Source: Basidiobolus meristosporus CBS 931.73 (taxonomy: Eukaryota > Fungi > Basidiobolomycota). Taken from it: a stretch of DNA of 64,000 nt. The translations under genes were made by a program, and so were the position numbers. The DNA lies in the NCBI GenBank assembly GCA_002104905.1, contig MCFE01000179.1:1-64000 (forward strand), in the 5' to 3' direction. Every line of letters starts with the position of its first letter. Position 1 is the first letter of the stretch. The notes under the pieces were generated by a model. That model was not told the origin of the DNA. It did no database searches and saw only the letters and a program-made list of their open reading frames with translations. Shown here in pieces: positions 61,031-64,000 of the stretch.

Positions 61031-61259
61031 AACTTGCTCCTAAGGCCTGACATAATCCAGATTGGCCATCAGGTACCCTCAATGAGGTTGTCACAATGCC
61101 AGCAGATTGGAACTATTGACCTTCTAAGCAATCTTATGGTGGCATGGTGACACCATTTTGCCATTATTAATGTCAATTAAAGAAAAAATGTGAAAGTATT
61201 TGAATGGTCTTAGAGCAAGACTTGCATGGCAATTTGATAATTTTAATGCAATCAGCATT

Positions 61260-62396
61260 TATTTCAGCAGACCTAACCAGCAAACACATGCAATTGCCTT
61301 TTATTTTAAAGATTTGATGGCATTTTGACAACCTTTTGGTAGATCTCTGTTGCCAATATGATGGCAGTATGGTGGTCTACAGCTAATCCTGAATAAGGCC
61401 ACTATACAATTTAGCAAATGATATTCCCTTTTTCTACCTCTCCTTGCACCATTTATATATTCCACTGTGGAATCATCCCCCTTCATTTGCTTACCCACCA
61501 TCATCACAAGTACTCCACATAGAGCTCAGTTCAAAGAAGGCTATGGCCTCCTGCTTACTAACCTATGCAAATGCACAAACCCCCTGCAACTGACTGACTT
61601 TTATCATCTCAACCTTATGGCTTCTTAGTGTGATATGTGCAAAGTTGCCATATGCCCTGTGTTGCCGGTAACATATTCATCTTGCAAACATATGCTTAGT
61701 TGCCACCACTTTTGCCATAAGTACTTCCTGAATATTGGCAACAAAATTTTTGGTACGTAGCCTATATATTTCTTCTCCCAGCTGAAATTCAGTCCCCCAT
61801 ATAGGTGCATTTTAGGTCAAGTTTTGTGTGAGTTTTGTATTGAATAGTATAGAAGTTGGCTTGCAGCCAGGAGGAATCTGGCATACTTTGGTAATGTTGT
61901 CCAGATAAAAGTTAGTTGCTTGTTATATCTAACCAAGCCTGGGATTACTTAACTGATGTATCCACACATTGGGGCTGCATAGCTTCTTAAAGTCAAAAGT
62001 GTAGGTATCTCCAGGTGCACATCTGTACTTGTAATATTCCTACTCTTCCTGGCTGTCTTCCAGGTGCCAACTCATCACAACCATGATGGACTAGAAGGTT
62101 ATATTCCTGAAAAGATTGAGATATGGAAGTAGTTGCAACTTGACTTGTCTTCCTATCTCCCCACACATTTGCTCTATAGAAAACTCTCAAAAGATGAAGC
62201 ATGATCCTATATTCTCCACACCAAGCAAGATAGAGCAGAGAATGAATGTAGTAGTGGCAGAGATCTATCTGCCAAGCTTTGTACCTGCAGTGTAGCTGAT
62301 CAAGTCCCAACACAAGCTCCTTACATAAAAGCTGTAGATGCATTAAGTGTGAATTGGTAATTGGCTTCCAGATAAATATACTTACAATGTCAACAT
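61260..62396 (-). mobile_element. CACTA-family relic, interrupted by the copia at 62397
   Basis: Colinear with 35480-35895 plus 42387-43000. ORF 61993-62445 carries ...DLCHYYIHSLLYL. Confidence 0.7.
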
Positions 62397-64000
62397 TGCT
62401 GTAAAAGTATATAATTCCACCTAGATATTCACCTAACTTGGTCACTTAGATCATTACCTTCCAATCCTAGAGAGTACTGGCCATATTCCTGATTGGGATT
62501 TACTTAGAATATTTTTACCAATATACCAGGCACCCAGAACATGAAAATTCTCAAAGTTGTCCAAACAGCCCAAACTTTGTACACATGTTCTTGGAACCTT
62601 TCTTAACCTAATCTACATGTTTGTTATGCCAAGACCATGTAAAATAAAAGTACTACTTTTACATTCAATATATCATTAGATGAAAACTACATAATCTACT
62701 TGTTCTCCCAAATTCCTACCAATATCTCCAACACTCTTACAGCAGGTTATGAGCCTCAAGCTGTCACTCTCTGCAGTTTCTACTACTACTATTACTAGAA
62801 TTTCTCCTCTGCTGAAAAGTTGGATGGATCTAACTACCAAGTGTGGAAGGTGAAGATGAAGATGCTGATGCAAGAAAGAGGCCTTTGGGATATTATCATG
62901 GGAGAAGAATGCACTACCAAAAACATGGGAGAGGAAGCCTTAAAGCACCAGAAGAAAGTACAAAGTGCCTTTCACTGCATTTGCCTTGATGTTAATGCCA
63001 AATTGCTAATTCAATGCTCAAGAGCAAAAACAGTAAAGAATGCCTGGAAGGCATTAGAAGACACCTATCAATCATGTTCAGCTACTAAGAAAGTGTATTT
63101 GAGACAAAAATACTTTACTTCAAAGATGCTGCCAGGAGAAGAAATGAAAAATCTAATTAACAGAATTACCCTGCTGGTAGATGAGATGGAGTATGTTGGC
63201 GTACTAACTACTCATGAAGATGTGATAGTAGCCATCCTGAATAGCCTGACAGACAAGTTTCAAGGCCTTGTATCAGCCCCAAAGTCCAGAACTGAAGAAT
63301 TGACCTTAATTTATGTAAGTGGAAGGCTCCTGGATGAAGAATTATGAAAATCAAGCACCAATAAGAAGGAAGAAGAGAATGCTTTAATCAGCAATGATAA
63401 CCAACAAAGGAGGGACCCAAGACCCTACAAAGGCAACAGCAATCTGTTTTGTAGTTACTGCAAAAGGAAAGGACACACATCAGACCAGTGTCTTAAAAAG
63501 AAAGAAAGTTCGCAGAAAAAGCCTGAACATATAAATGCTGCAACAACTGAAGATAGACTATTCATATTTGCACTAAATATGACCACAAACAAGGATACTC
63601 AGATGTGGTATATTGACTTTGGAGCATCTCAACACTTTACACACCAAAATGAACATTTTACCAAATATCAAGAAATTCCAATTCCAATGGTTTTCATGAG
63701 TGGCAATAGAATACTTGATGCAGTGGGAGAAGGAACTTGCCAAGTAAACCTAAGAGGCAGTGACAGAAGCCATAGACTGGCCTTTAAAGAAGTACTCTCT
63801 GTAGCAGAAATAGCCAAGAACCTACTAGCTGTAAGCAAGGCTGAAGCAGAAGGATACAGTTTCAGCTTTGACAATTCTGGATAAAAGATCACTGATCATA
63901 TAGTGCCCATATTGCTTTGTGTACCAGAGATGGGAATCTATACAAGTTGACTTATATCTCATCATATTGAGAAGCCAATATAGTAACTTAAATGAAGAAA
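62397..64000 (+). mobile_element. Ty1/copia element 5' part (LTR 62397-62744, PBS, gag, protease), running off the window
   Basis: LTR, then GGTTATGAGCC PBS, KLDGSNYQVWK gag, CSYCKRKGHTSDQC knuckle, WYIDFGASQH protease. Confidence 0.93.

Overview
Intron-rich eukaryotic DNA from a fungus. An AT-AC U12-type intron and the gene content suggest an early-diverging, non-Dikarya lineage (inference). Four zones. (1) 1-28.4 kb is gene-dense: HIG1/Rcf1, class-V PLP aminotransferase, UNC-50, a 3xMyb + 4xC2H2 transcription factor, a secreted (GxxX)24 protein, NR2C2AP, a pepsin-family protease, an ABCG half-transporter with a Cys-rich ectodomain, MED20, holocytochrome c synthase, ATG101, histone H4, prolidase and a secreted dipeptidyl peptidase IV. 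(2) About 30.4-53.6 kb is gene-free, AT-rich and almost CpG-free, made of nested Ty1/copia elements with a half-tRNA-iMet primer site, solo LTRs and CACTA transposase relics. (3) 53.9-59.2 kb holds a second DPP4, an esterase and a methyltransferase. (4) 60.1-64 kb is a second TE block. The most striking structure is the two DPP4 genes: divergently oriented, sharing a 1,912-bp near-identical inverted core, but with different promoters, signal peptides and C-terminal tails. They bracket the TE block, giving a candidate invertible or gene-converting locus, possibly centromeric. All identities and compositions are by-eye estimates; no database search was run.
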